Positions 22,135 through 31,821 of a stretch of DNA of 64,000 nucleotides are shown here, piece by piece. The notes beneath the pieces were generated by a model. That model did no database searches, was not told where the DNA came from, and was given only the letters and a program-made list of their open reading frames with translations. The DNA comes from Candidatus Nomurabacteria bacterium (GTDB lineage: Bacteria; Patescibacteriota; Minisyncoccia; Phycocordibacterales; UBA9973), in the NCBI GenBank assembly GCA_021413905.1, contig JAIOPO010000001.1, positions 201,159-265,158 on the forward strand, read 5' to 3'. Made by a program: the position numbers and the translations under genes. The number at the start of each line of letters is the position of its first letter. The stretch's first letter is position 1.

Positions 22135-23148
22135 TTATTTCTTCTTAAAAATCTTTGTCAGCTCTTTTGTAAAATCTTTTACAGACTTGTCGTCGTAGAG
22201 TGATAGTGTATAAACATTTTTATTTTTAAGTTTTGTGATAAATTCTTTTTTAATTTTATCTACAACTTTTATTTTTTTATTTGTGTCGTCTATTACATCT
22301 GTCTTTGTCAGAATAATTATTTCTTCTTTTGAAGTTAGACCGTCAGTGCCGAGTTTTAAATTCTTGTCGTATTTTTCCAACTCTTTGCGAACTTCTTTGT
22401 AAGTCTTCATCGGATTTTCATTTTCAAGAGACACGAGATGTGCAAGCATTTTCGTGCGTTTAATATGTCGCAAGAATTTTACACCAAGACCTTTACCTTC
22501 AGATGCGCCTTCGATAATACCCGGAATGTCCGCAATAATGTATCCATAAAAATCTCCAAGATTCGGATCAAGAGTCGTGAAAGCATAATCCCCGACTTTT
22601 GCATTTGCATTAGTCAAAGCATTCAAGAGCGATGATTTGCCCGCATTAGGAAGTCCTACGAGGCCCATATCAGCAAAAAGCTCTAACTCAATATGAAAGT
22701 CTCCAGTCTCTCCATCTTGCCCTTCATTGCGTTCTTCCGGAGTGGTATTTGTAGAACTTTTAAAATGCTCATTACCATATCCACCGTATCCGCCCTTAAG
22801 CAACATTATTTTTTCTCCTTCTTCGAGCAGACTCCATTTTTCATCGGTTGCGAGATTTGTAACAATAGAACCAAGTGGCAATTCCAAAAAAAAGTCTTCA
22901 CCATTTTTTCCGGTCAAACTTTTCTTGCCTCCATCTTCTCCGCGACCCGCTTCAAAATGTTTCTTTGCTTTATATTTTGCAAGAATATGCACATCACGCA
23001 CAGCCAAAACATAAAAATTTCCACCTCGTCCGCCGTCTCCACCAGCAGGTCCGCCTTTCGGTACGAATTTTTCTTGTCTCCAACGCACTACGCCGTCTCC
23101 ACCTCTTCCTGCTTTTGCTTGTATTTTTATTTCATCAATAAATGCCAT
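22135..23148 (-). CDS. obgE: GTPase ObgE/CgtA
   Basis: Gly-rich Obg fold, GLPNAGKS, YAFTT, DIPG, TKTD. Confidence 0.96.
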   Translation of the reverse strand: MAFIDEIKIQAKAGRGGDGVVRWRQEKFVPKGGPAGGDGGRGGNFYVLAVRDVHILAKYKAKKHFEAGRGEDGGKKSLTGKNGEDFFLELPLGSIVTNLATDEKWSLLEEGEKIMLLKGGYGGYGNEHFKSSTNTTPEERNEGQDGETGDFHIELELFADMGLVGLPNAGKSSLLNALTNANAKVGDYAFTTLDPNLGDFYGYIIADIPGIIEGASEGKGLGVKFLRHIKRTKMLAHLVSLENENPMKTYKEVRKELEKYDKNLKLGTDGLTSKEEIIILTKTDVIDDTNKKIKVVDKIKKEFITKLKNKNVYTLSLYDDKSVKDFTKELTKIFKKK

Positions 23149-23159
23149 AAATTAATTCT

Positions 23160-24056
23160 TTAATTATTATTTTGTAATGCTAATTCTGCTAATTTTATCG
23201 CTCCTTCTTTTGATTTTGCTACAGCCAAAAATAAACCATTATGACAAAATATTGCATCATCCACTCCTGTAATTTCTGCTAAATCTTCTCTTTTGCCAGC
23301 CCATTCTTTTGGTAAATTTTTACGATTTTCAAAAGAAAATTTATCTTTACGAACACATTCTACTCTCCATAAATCGGCTTTTACAGAGATTACATACAAA
23401 GGTTCAATATACTTCTGCATAACTTCACCCCAAGGATAATGTCCGTCTAAAATTATCAATCTTTTGTCTACAGCCTGATCATAAGATTTTTCCACAAAAT
23501 CTTCAGCTACGATTACATCTTTCATTCTTTTTATTTCTCTCAAAAGAATTTTTTTTACAAAAGGTAAAAGTTCAAAAAATGGAATATCATAATCTTCTGT
23601 TTCTTGCCAAGTAGGACGAAAACTAAAAAGAATATCTTGTATTGTAAATGGTGTTATTTCTCCTTTTGTTTCATAAAGATTTATGCCGTTGTCATTTGCA
23701 TCAATAGCTTCAACAATTTTTTTTTCTAATCTTTCTGAAATTTCTTTTGATTCACAAATCTCTTCTCCAAACTTTTTCCAAACTAAACCAAAAGCAGCAT
23801 AAGGTATACCGTCCGCGTGAGTGCCGGCTCCACCAGTTTGATGATGGTCAAATCTATTTTTTTCAGGATCATAAATACCTCCAACATCAAAAACATAATC
23901 TGCTGAATTAATAATATCAATATCTCTGGTGCGAACTATCTCAAAATTTTCTCCTTTTTTTTCTAACAAAATAGATAAAACAGCAGAAGCAAAAAGATCA
24001 TCCGCGTGAAATGTACCATTATGAGTGACTATTTTTTTATTCAACATTTTCTCCAT
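23160..24056 (-). CDS. MYG1-family DHH exonuclease
   Basis: THNGTFHADD, DVGG.YD, FDHHQ, IFCHNG.F; exact start uncertain (24047-24074). Confidence 0.9.
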   Translation of the reverse strand: MEKMLNKKIVTHNGTFHADDLFASAVLSILLEKKGENFEIVRTRDIDIINSADYVFDVGGIYDPEKNRFDHHQTGGAGTHADGIPYAAFGLVWKKFGEEICESKEISERLEKKIVEAIDANDNGINLYETKGEITPFTIQDILFSFRPTWQETEDYDIPFFELLPFVKKILLREIKRMKDVIVAEDFVEKSYDQAVDKRLIILDGHYPWGEVMQKYIEPLYVISVKADLWRVECVRKDKFSFENRKNLPKEWAGKREDLAEITGVDDAIFCHNGLFLAVAKSKEGAIKLAELALQNNN

Positions 24057-24657
24057 GTTCGTGAAATTCTTCAAAAATTTTATAAAGCCAAGCAGCTAAT
24101 TTATTCAATACAAAAAAGCTAATAACTAATAATAATAGCGTGGAAATGAATCTCCAGACCTCATGACTCACATGTAATGCAGTATAACTGAAAAAGTATC
24201 CTAAAGAAAGAAGACCTGGCAACCAAATCAAAGTGGACAATAATTCCGGTTTTAGAAAAGTCTTTAATTTTATTTTAGAATAACCACAAAAAAGGACAGT
24301 ATAAAAATTCAAATATATGAATTTTGAAATAAAAATAGACCAAAAAGGTTTTTCTTTGAAATGCGGAAGAAGTGTATTAACTTTCCTTTCAATATATTTT
24401 GCAAATTTGGTATGATTGAATTTTTTATGAACATATTGACCTATATAATATGAACAAAAAGTTTTTGACAAAGCGATAAAAAGTAAAAATGAAATCATGA
24501 AAGGAATATTGACAGCGCCCAAATGCATCAAAATACCGCTCGAAATCAAAACTATCTCTCCTTCAAAAATCATACCTAAAAGAATAAGTAGATACGCAAT
24601 TGTTTCATGATGCTCGACCAAAAGGGTTAGGAATTTAACAGTATGCATGCTAATCAA
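24037..24657 (-). CDS. DedA-like membrane protein
   Basis: FEGEIVLISSG, YYIG, IFISKFIY, W......LGY pattern. Confidence 0.75.
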   Translation of the reverse strand: MISMHTVKFLTLLVEHHETIAYLLILLGMIFEGEIVLISSGILMHLGAVNIPFMISFLLFIALSKTFCSYYIGQYVHKKFNHTKFAKYIERKVNTLLPHFKEKPFWSIFISKFIYLNFYTVLFCGYSKIKLKTFLKPELLSTLIWLPGLLSLGYFFSYTALHVSHEVWRFISTLLLLVISFFVLNKLAAWLYKIFEEFHEHGENVE

Positions 24658-24991
24658 TAATTAGAAATTTTGATAAAATCCAATTTAAAACAGATACGAT
24701 CAAGGCTCCATAAAATGCCGACATAAAATCTGCAACATAAAAACCAGAAATGATATGACCTAAAAAATAAAAAATCAAACCATTTATAACTAAAGAAAAT
24801 AAACCTAATGTCAAAATATTTATCGGCAAAGTTATTATTTTTATAATTGGTTTTACTGTGTAATTTATCAACGTCAAAACAGCCCCTATGATAATAGCAG
24901 TATAAAAATAAGCCAAATTAATATCCGGTAAAAAATAAGCTGTTAAAAAAACTGCTAAAGATATCGCCAACCAATGTAAAATAATTTTCAT
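24650..24991 (-). CDS. YvlD-like 'phage holin family' 4-TM membrane protein
   Basis: INYTVKPIIKIITLPINILTLGLFSLVING signature. Confidence 0.85.
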   Translation of the reverse strand: MKIILHWLAISLAVFLTAYFLPDINLAYFYTAIIIGAVLTLINYTVKPIIKIITLPINILTLGLFSLVINGLIFYFLGHIISGFYVADFMSAFYGALIVSVLNWILSKFLIID

Positions 24992-24997
24992 ATATTT

Positions 24998-25450
24998 TTA
25001 ATTAAATAAAGCATCTACAACTTCTTTGACCACCATGCCGTCAGCCTTACCTTTCAAATCTTTCATAATTGCAGACATCAGCATTCCTTTTTTTGTCGCA
25101 TCAGTAATGGACATTTCTTCTTTTTTAGCTTGAGCGATTTTTTCCACCTCACTCTTGTCCATCATTTTAGGCAAAAATACTTCGAGAATTGCGAGTTGAG
25201 CTTCTTCTTCTTTTACCAAATCTTCGCGACCGCCTTTTTTGAATTGTTCTATAGAGTCTTTTCTTTGTTTTGCAAGACGCGTAATAACAGCAAGCGCTTC
25301 TTCGTCTGTAAGCATGTCTTGAGGCTTGCGACCTTTTGCAACCAATTCATTTGTAAAAGCTGAAGCAATACCTCGCATGGTTTCCAAACGCACGGAATCT
25401 TTTGCCATCATTGCCTCTTTTATATTATTTTTTATTTGTTCTTGTAACAT
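24998..25450 (-). CDS. GatB/YqeY domain protein
   Basis: KEAMMAKD, KQRKDSIEQF..GGREDL, FLP, KGKADG. Confidence 0.92.
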   Translation of the reverse strand: MLQEQIKNNIKEAMMAKDSVRLETMRGIASAFTNELVAKGRKPQDMLTDEEALAVITRLAKQRKDSIEQFKKGGREDLVKEEEAQLAILEVFLPKMMDKSEVEKIAQAKKEEMSITDATKKGMLMSAIMKDLKGKADGMVVKEVVDALFN

Positions 25451-25457
25451 AAGATAG

Positions 25458-25482
25458 ATTATATCAAAAACTATGATAAAAT
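25458..25482. promoter_or_regulatory. Back-to-back extended -10 promoters for the YqeY gene and the exonuclease
   Basis: TGATATAAT on minus (25458-25466) and TGATAAAAT on plus (25474-25482), 7 and 6 nt before the ATGs. Confidence 0.65.
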
Positions 25483-25488
25483 GTAAGC

Positions 25489-26205
25489 ATGTCTAAAATA
25501 ATATTTTTTGATACTGAAACCACCGGCAACACTGCTGAAGATTTTATTTGCCAAATTGCTTATAAAAGTGCAGAAGAACAATTTTCTGCAATGTATAAAC
25601 CACCAAAGAGAATACCTCCCGAGGCTTCTGCTGTGCATCATATTTCAAATAAAATGGTAGAAGACAAAGTTTCATTTTCTGAAAGTCCGGACTATAAAAA
25701 AATAAAAGAACTTTTTGAAAATGAGCATCATGTGCCTGTCGCACACAATGCTGTTTTTGACCTGACAATGCTCGCAAGAGAAAATATAAATCCAAATAAA
25801 TTTATCTGCACTTTGCGTGTAGCAAGAGCTCTCGACCCAGAAGGAAAAATTGAAAAATATAATCTGCAATATTTACGTTATTTGCTCGGTATTGAAATAG
25901 AAGCTCAAGCGCATGATGCCTTGGGTGATGTATTGGTATTGGAAAAACTTTTTGAAAGATTAAAACATAAACTAATCGAACAAAATAACGTCAGCGAAGA
26001 TGAAGCAATATCTGAAATGATAGAGATATCCTCACATCCTAGTATCTTGCGCACATTTCCTTTTGGAAAATATGTAGGAAAAAATGTCGAAGAAGTTGCA
26101 AAAATTGACCGCGGATATATCGAATGGCTCCTTGCTCAAAAAAAGCAAAGTGAAGGTATGGAAGAAGATTGGATTTACACATTAGAACATTTTTTAAATA
26201 AATAA
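25489..26205 (+). CDS. DEDDh 3'-5' exonuclease (ExoX/DnaQ-like) with C-terminal FPFGKY domain
   Basis: FDTETTG, AHNAVFD, AHDALGD; FPFGKY.G......D.GY..W. Confidence 0.88.
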   Translation: MSKIIFFDTETTGNTAEDFICQIAYKSAEEQFSAMYKPPKRIPPEASAVHHISNKMVEDKVSFSESPDYKKIKELFENEHHVPVAHNAVFDLTMLARENINPNKFICTLRVARALDPEGKIEKYNLQYLRYLLGIEIEAQAHDALGDVLVLEKLFERLKHKLIEQNNVSEDEAISEMIEISSHPSILRTFPFGKYVGKNVEEVAKIDRGYIEWLLAQKKQSEGMEEDWIYTLEHFLNK

Positions 26206-26245
26206 AACTTAAATAATATGAAGGTTTTAAATTAAAACAATATTC

Positions 26246-26274
26246 TTGACAAAATACATAAAAATGTATATAAT
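26246..26274 (+). promoter_or_regulatory. Consensus sigma70 promoter of the ABC exporter
   Basis: TTGACA-17 bp-TATAAT. Confidence 0.8.
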
Positions 26275-26299
26275 TTGAAAGTACTAAAGTTCTTAAAAA

Positions 26300-28078
26300 A
26301 TGAAAACTGTTTCTTTGATTCAAAGGATATTCTCCTTTGCTAAGCCTTTTCGTAAGGCTATTTTGCTAACCTTCTTGTCTGTTTTTATCTTTTCTATTTT
26401 AAATGCTCTTGCTGATTTTTTTATCAGTAAGATAGTAGATTTTATTCAACAAAACAAAGCTGAAACATTGCAAATTTTCTTGTTTCTTTTTTTAGCTGGA
26501 CTTTTTGTTCTTATCAGAATAATTCTTTCAGTTTACCAAGAAAGAAGAGAGGTAAACGAAATTGATCTAGGAATAACAAATCATAATACCTTTCATTCAG
26601 TTGAAAAATTTTTTAGTTTTTCAACTGGACAACATTTAAATGAACACTCTGGTGTTAAACAAAATATTGTAAACAAAGGAATTGGTTCAATTCAAAATCA
26701 AATAAATAGAGTGATTTATGAATTGTTTCCAAATTTTGCACAATTTTTTGTTTCAATTATTGTTATTTGTTATGCTGATTGGAGAATTGTAATAATTTTA
26801 CTTTTAGCAACTTTATTATATTTCTTAAGGATGAATAGTCTTGCAAAAGATTTATTACCAGGATTCAAAGAATTCCGTGATAAAACTAATTCAAGTTCTA
26901 GATTAACTTCTGAATTATATAGAATGGTTGGTTTAATAAAGTTTGAAACCCAAGAAGCAAAATCTCTTGAATTACTAAAACAATCTCAAGATGAAAATCA
27001 AAAAGCTTATGAAAAAGCTTGGAAACCTGGAATCTCTGGTTTTAGAGACTTACGTTTAATTGGTAATGGTACTCGATTTCTAGTTATTCTAATTCTAGTA
27101 ATAATTTTCTTTTATCAAAAAGGGACAACTACTGGAAATTTCTTTTTAGTTTTTATCTATTCAAAATCTTTTTCAGATAGCCTTTGGCAAATGGCATCTT
27201 GGTATAGAGGTTTTTTAATGGATAAAATGAATATAGAGAAATTTTTAGAATTACTTGAAATAAAACCAGAAATAACTAACGTGGAAAACCCGATCAAACC
27301 AGACAAATTTGAAGGTAAGATAGAATTTAAAAATGTATCTTTCCATTATCTTTGTCGCAAATCAGAACACGACGTTGAGGGATTAGAGATTTCAGATGAG
27401 CCCGTCTTGCATAATGTTTCTTTTATCATAGAAGCAGGACAAAAAGTCGGCATTGTAGGTGGGTCTGGATCTGGTAAATCAACATTAATCAATTTGATTC
27501 GCAGAGCTTTTGATCCAACGCATGGTCAAATTTTAGTTGATGGAAATGATTTACGATTACTAGATCTTCAGATTTATCTGAAAAATATCGGTTGTGTTGA
27601 TCAAGAAGTACAAATGTTTGATCGTTCGATTCGTGATAACATTCTTTTTGGTTCATCAAACGATATCTCTGAAGATAACATGAATGAATTATTGAAAATC
27701 GCCAGAATTGATGATTTTTTCGGAAAGTTAGAGCATGGACTGGATACTATCGTCGGTGAAAGAGGTGCAAAAATATCTGGTGGCGAACGCCAAAGATTAG
27801 GAATTGCTAGAGCTTTAGCAAAAAAACCAAGCATTTTAATTTTTGACGAAGCAACATCAGCATTAGATTCAACTTCTGAAAAATTAGTACAAGAATCAAT
27901 TGACGAAGCCAGTAAAGGCAAGACAGCTGTTGTTATAGCTCACCGCTTATCGACAATCAAAAATTGCGACAAGATTCTAGTTTTCCGAGAAGGCGTTTTA
28001 CTTGCTGAAGGAAGTCATGAATTTCTTTTAGAAAACTCTGAATACTATTCAGAGTTGGTAAAACATCAAACATTGTGA
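26300..28078 (+). CDS. ABC exporter, fused permease and ATPase (MsbA/MdlB-like)
   Basis: TM N-terminal half; GGSGSGKST, ISGGERQR, IFDEATS, IAHRL. Confidence 0.93.
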   Translation: MKTVSLIQRIFSFAKPFRKAILLTFLSVFIFSILNALADFFISKIVDFIQQNKAETLQIFLFLFLAGLFVLIRIILSVYQERREVNEIDLGITNHNTFHSVEKFFSFSTGQHLNEHSGVKQNIVNKGIGSIQNQINRVIYELFPNFAQFFVSIIVICYADWRIVIILLLATLLYFLRMNSLAKDLLPGFKEFRDKTNSSSRLTSELYRMVGLIKFETQEAKSLELLKQSQDENQKAYEKAWKPGISGFRDLRLIGNGTRFLVILILVIIFFYQKGTTTGNFFLVFIYSKSFSDSLWQMASWYRGFLMDKMNIEKFLELLEIKPEITNVENPIKPDKFEGKIEFKNVSFHYLCRKSEHDVEGLEISDEPVLHNVSFIIEAGQKVGIVGGSGSGKSTLINLIRRAFDPTHGQILVDGNDLRLLDLQIYLKNIGCVDQEVQMFDRSIRDNILFGSSNDISEDNMNELLKIARIDDFFGKLEHGLDTIVGERGAKISGGERQRLGIARALAKKPSILIFDEATSALDSTSEKLVQESIDEASKGKTAVVIAHRLSTIKNCDKILVFREGVLLAEGSHEFLLENSEYYSELVKHQTL

Positions 28079-28084
28079 AATTAC

Positions 28085-28112
28085 ACAAGCCCCTAATCCG
28101 GGGCTTGTTTTT
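28085..28112 (+). terminator. Rho-independent terminator
   Basis: acaagcccc-taatcc-ggggcttgt followed by a T tract, 6 nt after the ABC stop. Confidence 0.85.
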
Positions 28113-28143
28113 ATTTCAAAACTAAAAATGCTAAAATAAGTAT

Positions 28144-29202
28144 ATGCAAAATATTATTTGGATAATTTTAGGAGTTTTGGGAGGGGGCGTTATAGCTTAC
28201 TTTATTTTTAAACAGAAGGATGACAAAAGAGATAGTATAAATCAAGATATTGGACTAAATTTAATATTACAACAATTAAATGAACTCTCTCGTACTGTCG
28301 ACCATAAATTAGGTGAAAGCCACAAGCAAGTCAACGAAAGTTTACGTTTTCATTCAACGGAATCAAATAAAATAATTCGTGAAATAACTGAAGAGCTAGT
28401 ACGTGTCACTGAAGGACAAAAACAAGTCGTGGGCTTCGCAGACCAATTGCAAGATTTGCAAAATATTTTAAAAAATCCAAAACAACGCGGAATCCTCGGT
28501 GAATATTATTTAGAAACAGTTTTAAAAAATGTCTTACCTCCAGGAAGTTACCAAATGCAGTATCCTTTTACTGATAATACTATCGTAGACGCAGTGGTAT
28601 TCGTAAAAGATAAAATAATTCCAATAGATTCTAAATTCTCTCTCGAGAATTACAATCGAATGGCAGAAGCCGTAGATCCTGGAGATAAAAAAAGACTCGA
28701 AACTATCTTCGTAAATGATTTAAAAAATAGAATTGTGGAAACTTCAAAATACGTGCAACCAAATCAAGGCACGACTGATTTTGCATTTATGTTTATCCCG
28801 CATGAAGCTATTTATTACGATTTACTAACAAATAAAATCGGTGGATTGAAAGATGAAGAAAATGAAAATCTGATACAACGCGCAGCAGGAAAATATAAAG
28901 TCATAATCACCTCACCTACTTCATTTCTCGCATACCTGCAAACAGTTTTGCAAGGCTTAAAAGCTTTACAAATAGAAGAATCTGCAAAAGAAATAATCAA
29001 AAAAGTAAGCGATTTGGGTAAACATTTAAAATCATATGAAGAATATCATGGTAAACTCGGTAATGCTTTGAATACTGTCGTAAATCATTACATATCTTCA
29101 AACAAAGAACTAAAAAAAATAGACAAAGACGTAATGCGTATCACTGGCACATCCCCAGAACTTTCCACTCCGGAAATAGAAAAAATAAATTTAGAAGAAT
29201 AA
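28144..29202 (+). CDS. rmuC: DNA recombination protein RmuC
   Basis: N-terminal TM; KQRGILGE..LE, IDSKF, KY......TDFA.MFIP.E. Confidence 0.92.
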   Translation: MQNIIWIILGVLGGGVIAYFIFKQKDDKRDSINQDIGLNLILQQLNELSRTVDHKLGESHKQVNESLRFHSTESNKIIREITEELVRVTEGQKQVVGFADQLQDLQNILKNPKQRGILGEYYLETVLKNVLPPGSYQMQYPFTDNTIVDAVVFVKDKIIPIDSKFSLENYNRMAEAVDPGDKKRLETIFVNDLKNRIVETSKYVQPNQGTTDFAFMFIPHEAIYYDLLTNKIGGLKDEENENLIQRAAGKYKVIITSPTSFLAYLQTVLQGLKALQIEESAKEIIKKVSDLGKHLKSYEEYHGKLGNALNTVVNHYISSNKELKKIDKDVMRITGTSPELSTPEIEKINLEE

Positions 29203-29208
29203 AATATT

Positions 29209-29237
29209 TTGACTTAAGTCAATTTATTATATATTAT
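29209..29237 (+). promoter_or_regulatory. Probable tRNA-Glu promoter; the -35 box lies inside a perfect 14-bp palindrome
   Basis: TTGACT-17 bp-TATTAT; palindrome TTGACTTAAGTCAA at 29209-29222. Confidence 0.6.
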
Positions 29238-29261
29238 GGAGATGGTAATTGCTTAATTTTT

Positions 29262-29333
29262 GGCTCTATCGTCTAACGGTTAGGACGGGTCCTTCTCAAG
29301 GATCAAATCAGAGTTCGATTCTCTGTAGAGTCA
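29262..29333 (+). tRNA. tRNA-Glu(CTC), CCA not encoded
   Basis: Acceptor GGCTCTA/TAGAGTC; anticodon arm GGTCC-TTCTCAA-GGATC; T arm CAGAG-TTCGATT-CTCTG. Confidence 0.93.
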
Positions 29334-30079
29334 CATTTCGAAACTGCCTCGGCAGAAAGCGCAAAATCTTGGCGCGCCGAAGGCGCGCTGTATGGAGAGA
29401 GCAGGAATTCTGCATTGCGGGCGCGGGCGAATTCGGTGGGCGGGCAAAATGAGACAGAGACGGACTTGTCCCGCAATTGCGAGTTCGTTCCAATTTTTTT
29501 GAAATAGTCACGAATTTCAAAAAAATTATCGCTAGATTGCAATTGCGTGGCTTTTTTCATATCCAAAATCCATTCCCGCAAGGGTTCGACCCAATTCTTT
29601 TTCTCTGCTCGGGCGGAGTCCATTTTTTGAGCGAGAGAGACTTTTTGTTTCAAAAGCTCATTTTTCTTCAAAATATAATTTTCTTTCGGTATATCGCCGT
29701 CTAAATACAAACTCACTAACTCATCGAGCTTTTGTTCTGTCTCTCGCTCATTTTCCTTAATCCGCCCGAGCATACTTCCCGACGAGGATTTTTCACTTTT
29801 GTCCCATTCCTCAACTTTTCGTAACATAAAATCTGTCCACTCGTCGAGAAGTGCGATTTGTTGAAGCCGTTCTTTTAATTGCAAGACGACTACATCTTCT
29901 CGCAAATATTTTTGGTCACAATTTCCTTTCTTTTTCGTACAGCGATAATAGCGATATCGAACGCCCATTTTTCCTGTCGTCCATTGAGCAGTTATCATAC
30001 TGTCACATTCTCCACAACGAAAAAGTCCAGTGAAAGGAAAATTGTGACTTTTCTTTGATTTGCGAGGATGAATACGCAA
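29303..30079 (-). pseudogene. C-terminal remnant of a large serine recombinase (zinc ribbon plus coiled coil); integrative-element relic at tRNA-Glu
   Basis: FTGLFRCGEC..M...YRYYRC......C zinc ribbon; LVSLYLDG.I..E.Y; catalytic N-terminal half absent; frame ends inside the antisense tRNA; visibly GC-richer than murJ. Confidence 0.8.
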
Positions 30080-30093
30080 AAATTTATGTCAAA

Positions 30094-31773
30094 CTATAAT
30101 TCTTCTTGAGAAGGGGCTATTATTTTTGCTTTCCAAAATTTACTTTTTAGAGTTTTAAATAATTCTTGCAACTCTTCATTTTTAAGCAAAAGAAGCACTA
30201 TAATACCAGCCATAATACCTAAAATTCCAGAAATAAAACCTTGCAAAAATACTCCCCAGAAAGTTATTGTACCTAAAATAGGAGATAAAAAATTTAAAGA
30301 AATATAAGAAATTAAACCTATAAAAAACGAAGATCCTAAACTCTGGAAAAAAGTTTTTGATATAAAAGGTTCTTTACCTAAAAAATCTTTCTTAACAAAA
30401 ATCAAATGCAAAATAAAATTAAATATTGTTCCGACAGAATAAGCTAAAGGTAGCATAAGGACCTCTGTTCCAGGAATATCATTCACTTTCAATATTGATT
30501 CTATGAAATATCTAAAATAAGCAAAATTTTCAAATAAATTAATAAATAAATAAGAAAAAATAATTATTAAAATTGAACAAATTAAATTAACAATCAAGGG
30601 GCGTTTCGTATCACCTCTTGCATAATAAGATCTTGATAAAAGAGCTATCATTCCTTGAGCCAATACTGATACAGAAAATATGGCGAGAGAAGCCGCCACT
30701 AAACGAGTATTTTCCCATGAAAAAGATCCTGAACCTAAAATCACACGCACTATTTGAGCACGTAAAACTATAAATAAAAATGTGACAGGTAAAGACCAAA
30801 AAATAATCTGTCTAGAAGCAGAACGTAAATGATTTTTAAATTCTTCATTTTTTCCAGCAGAAAATGAACGTGCCAAGGTCGGAAATGTTGCCACAGCATA
30901 CGAAACACCTATTATATTCAAAGGTACTGATTGTAAATTTAAAGAAAAATTAAAAATAGAAATGGAGCCACCTTTTAAAAATGAAGCCAAAGATACTATA
31001 ACAATCAAAGCTATATTATTAAAAGAAAGACCTAATGTACGAGGTAAAGAAACTAAAATAGCTTGTTTAATATCTTTAAAATTAATATGAAAAGAAAATT
31101 TTGGCGCAAAACCACAACCACTAGAAGCTATAGCTTGAATTACAAAATGCATAAATGCTCCTATTGCCACACCATAAGCTAAACCATAAATACCAAAAAT
31201 CGGATAAAAGAAAATAACACCGATAATAATTCCAAAATTATAAAAAATTGGACTCAGGGAATACAAAAAGAATTTTCTAAAAAGCTGAGTAACAGTGCCG
31301 AATAAATTGGATAAACCCAAAAGAATCGGTGATATCAACATTACTCTAGATAAAATCACAACTTTATTTTGTAATATAATAGGAAAACCTGGAGCCACAA
31401 AATGCGCCAAATAAGGCATCAATAAAAATGCCAATCCTGAAACAAAAATCATTACAAAAAAGAAAACCGTAAAAATATCATTCAAAAATTTACGAGCCTT
31501 TTCTGTAACTTGCTCTCCGTTCATTCTACTAGCTATAAAAGGTACCAACACAGTAATAGAAGCCAATGAAGCAATAGATATAAATATTAAATCAGGAATA
31601 CGAAATGCAGCATAATACGCGTCTAGTTCCGGAGTCGGACCTATAAAATGTGCAATAGAACGATCTCGTAACAATCCTAAAATTTGTGAAAGAAAAGTAA
31701 AAATTCCTAAAAGTAAAGCGGCTTGGTTTACACTTCTGAATTCTTTATTAAAAAATTTTAAAATTTTTTCCAT
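30094..31773 (-). CDS. murJ: Lipid II flippase MurJ (MviN)
   Basis: SQILGLLRDR, DAYYAAFRIPD, RSYYARGDTKRP. Confidence 0.93.
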   Translation of the reverse strand: MEKILKFFNKEFRSVNQAALLLGIFTFLSQILGLLRDRSIAHFIGPTPELDAYYAAFRIPDLIFISIASLASITVLVPFIASRMNGEQVTEKARKFLNDIFTVFFFVMIFVSGLAFLLMPYLAHFVAPGFPIILQNKVVILSRVMLISPILLGLSNLFGTVTQLFRKFFLYSLSPIFYNFGIIIGVIFFYPIFGIYGLAYGVAIGAFMHFVIQAIASSGCGFAPKFSFHINFKDIKQAILVSLPRTLGLSFNNIALIVIVSLASFLKGGSISIFNFSLNLQSVPLNIIGVSYAVATFPTLARSFSAGKNEEFKNHLRSASRQIIFWSLPVTFLFIVLRAQIVRVILGSGSFSWENTRLVAASLAIFSVSVLAQGMIALLSRSYYARGDTKRPLIVNLICSILIIIFSYLFINLFENFAYFRYFIESILKVNDIPGTEVLMLPLAYSVGTIFNFILHLIFVKKDFLGKEPFISKTFFQSLGSSFFIGLISYISLNFLSPILGTITFWGVFLQGFISGILGIMAGIIVLLLLKNEELQELFKTLKSKFWKAKIIAPSQEEL

Positions 31774-31821
31774 TTATATTTATGGATTTTATTATACTAT
31801 TACATAATATATAAAGCAAAA

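Noticed and set aside
24650..24991. 'Phage holin' as evidence of a prophage
   Set aside because: YvlD-like proteins are common chromosomal genes, and no phage genes lie nearby.
29249..29520. Short ORFs over tRNA-Glu
   Set aside because: Explained by the tRNA and the recombinase remnant.
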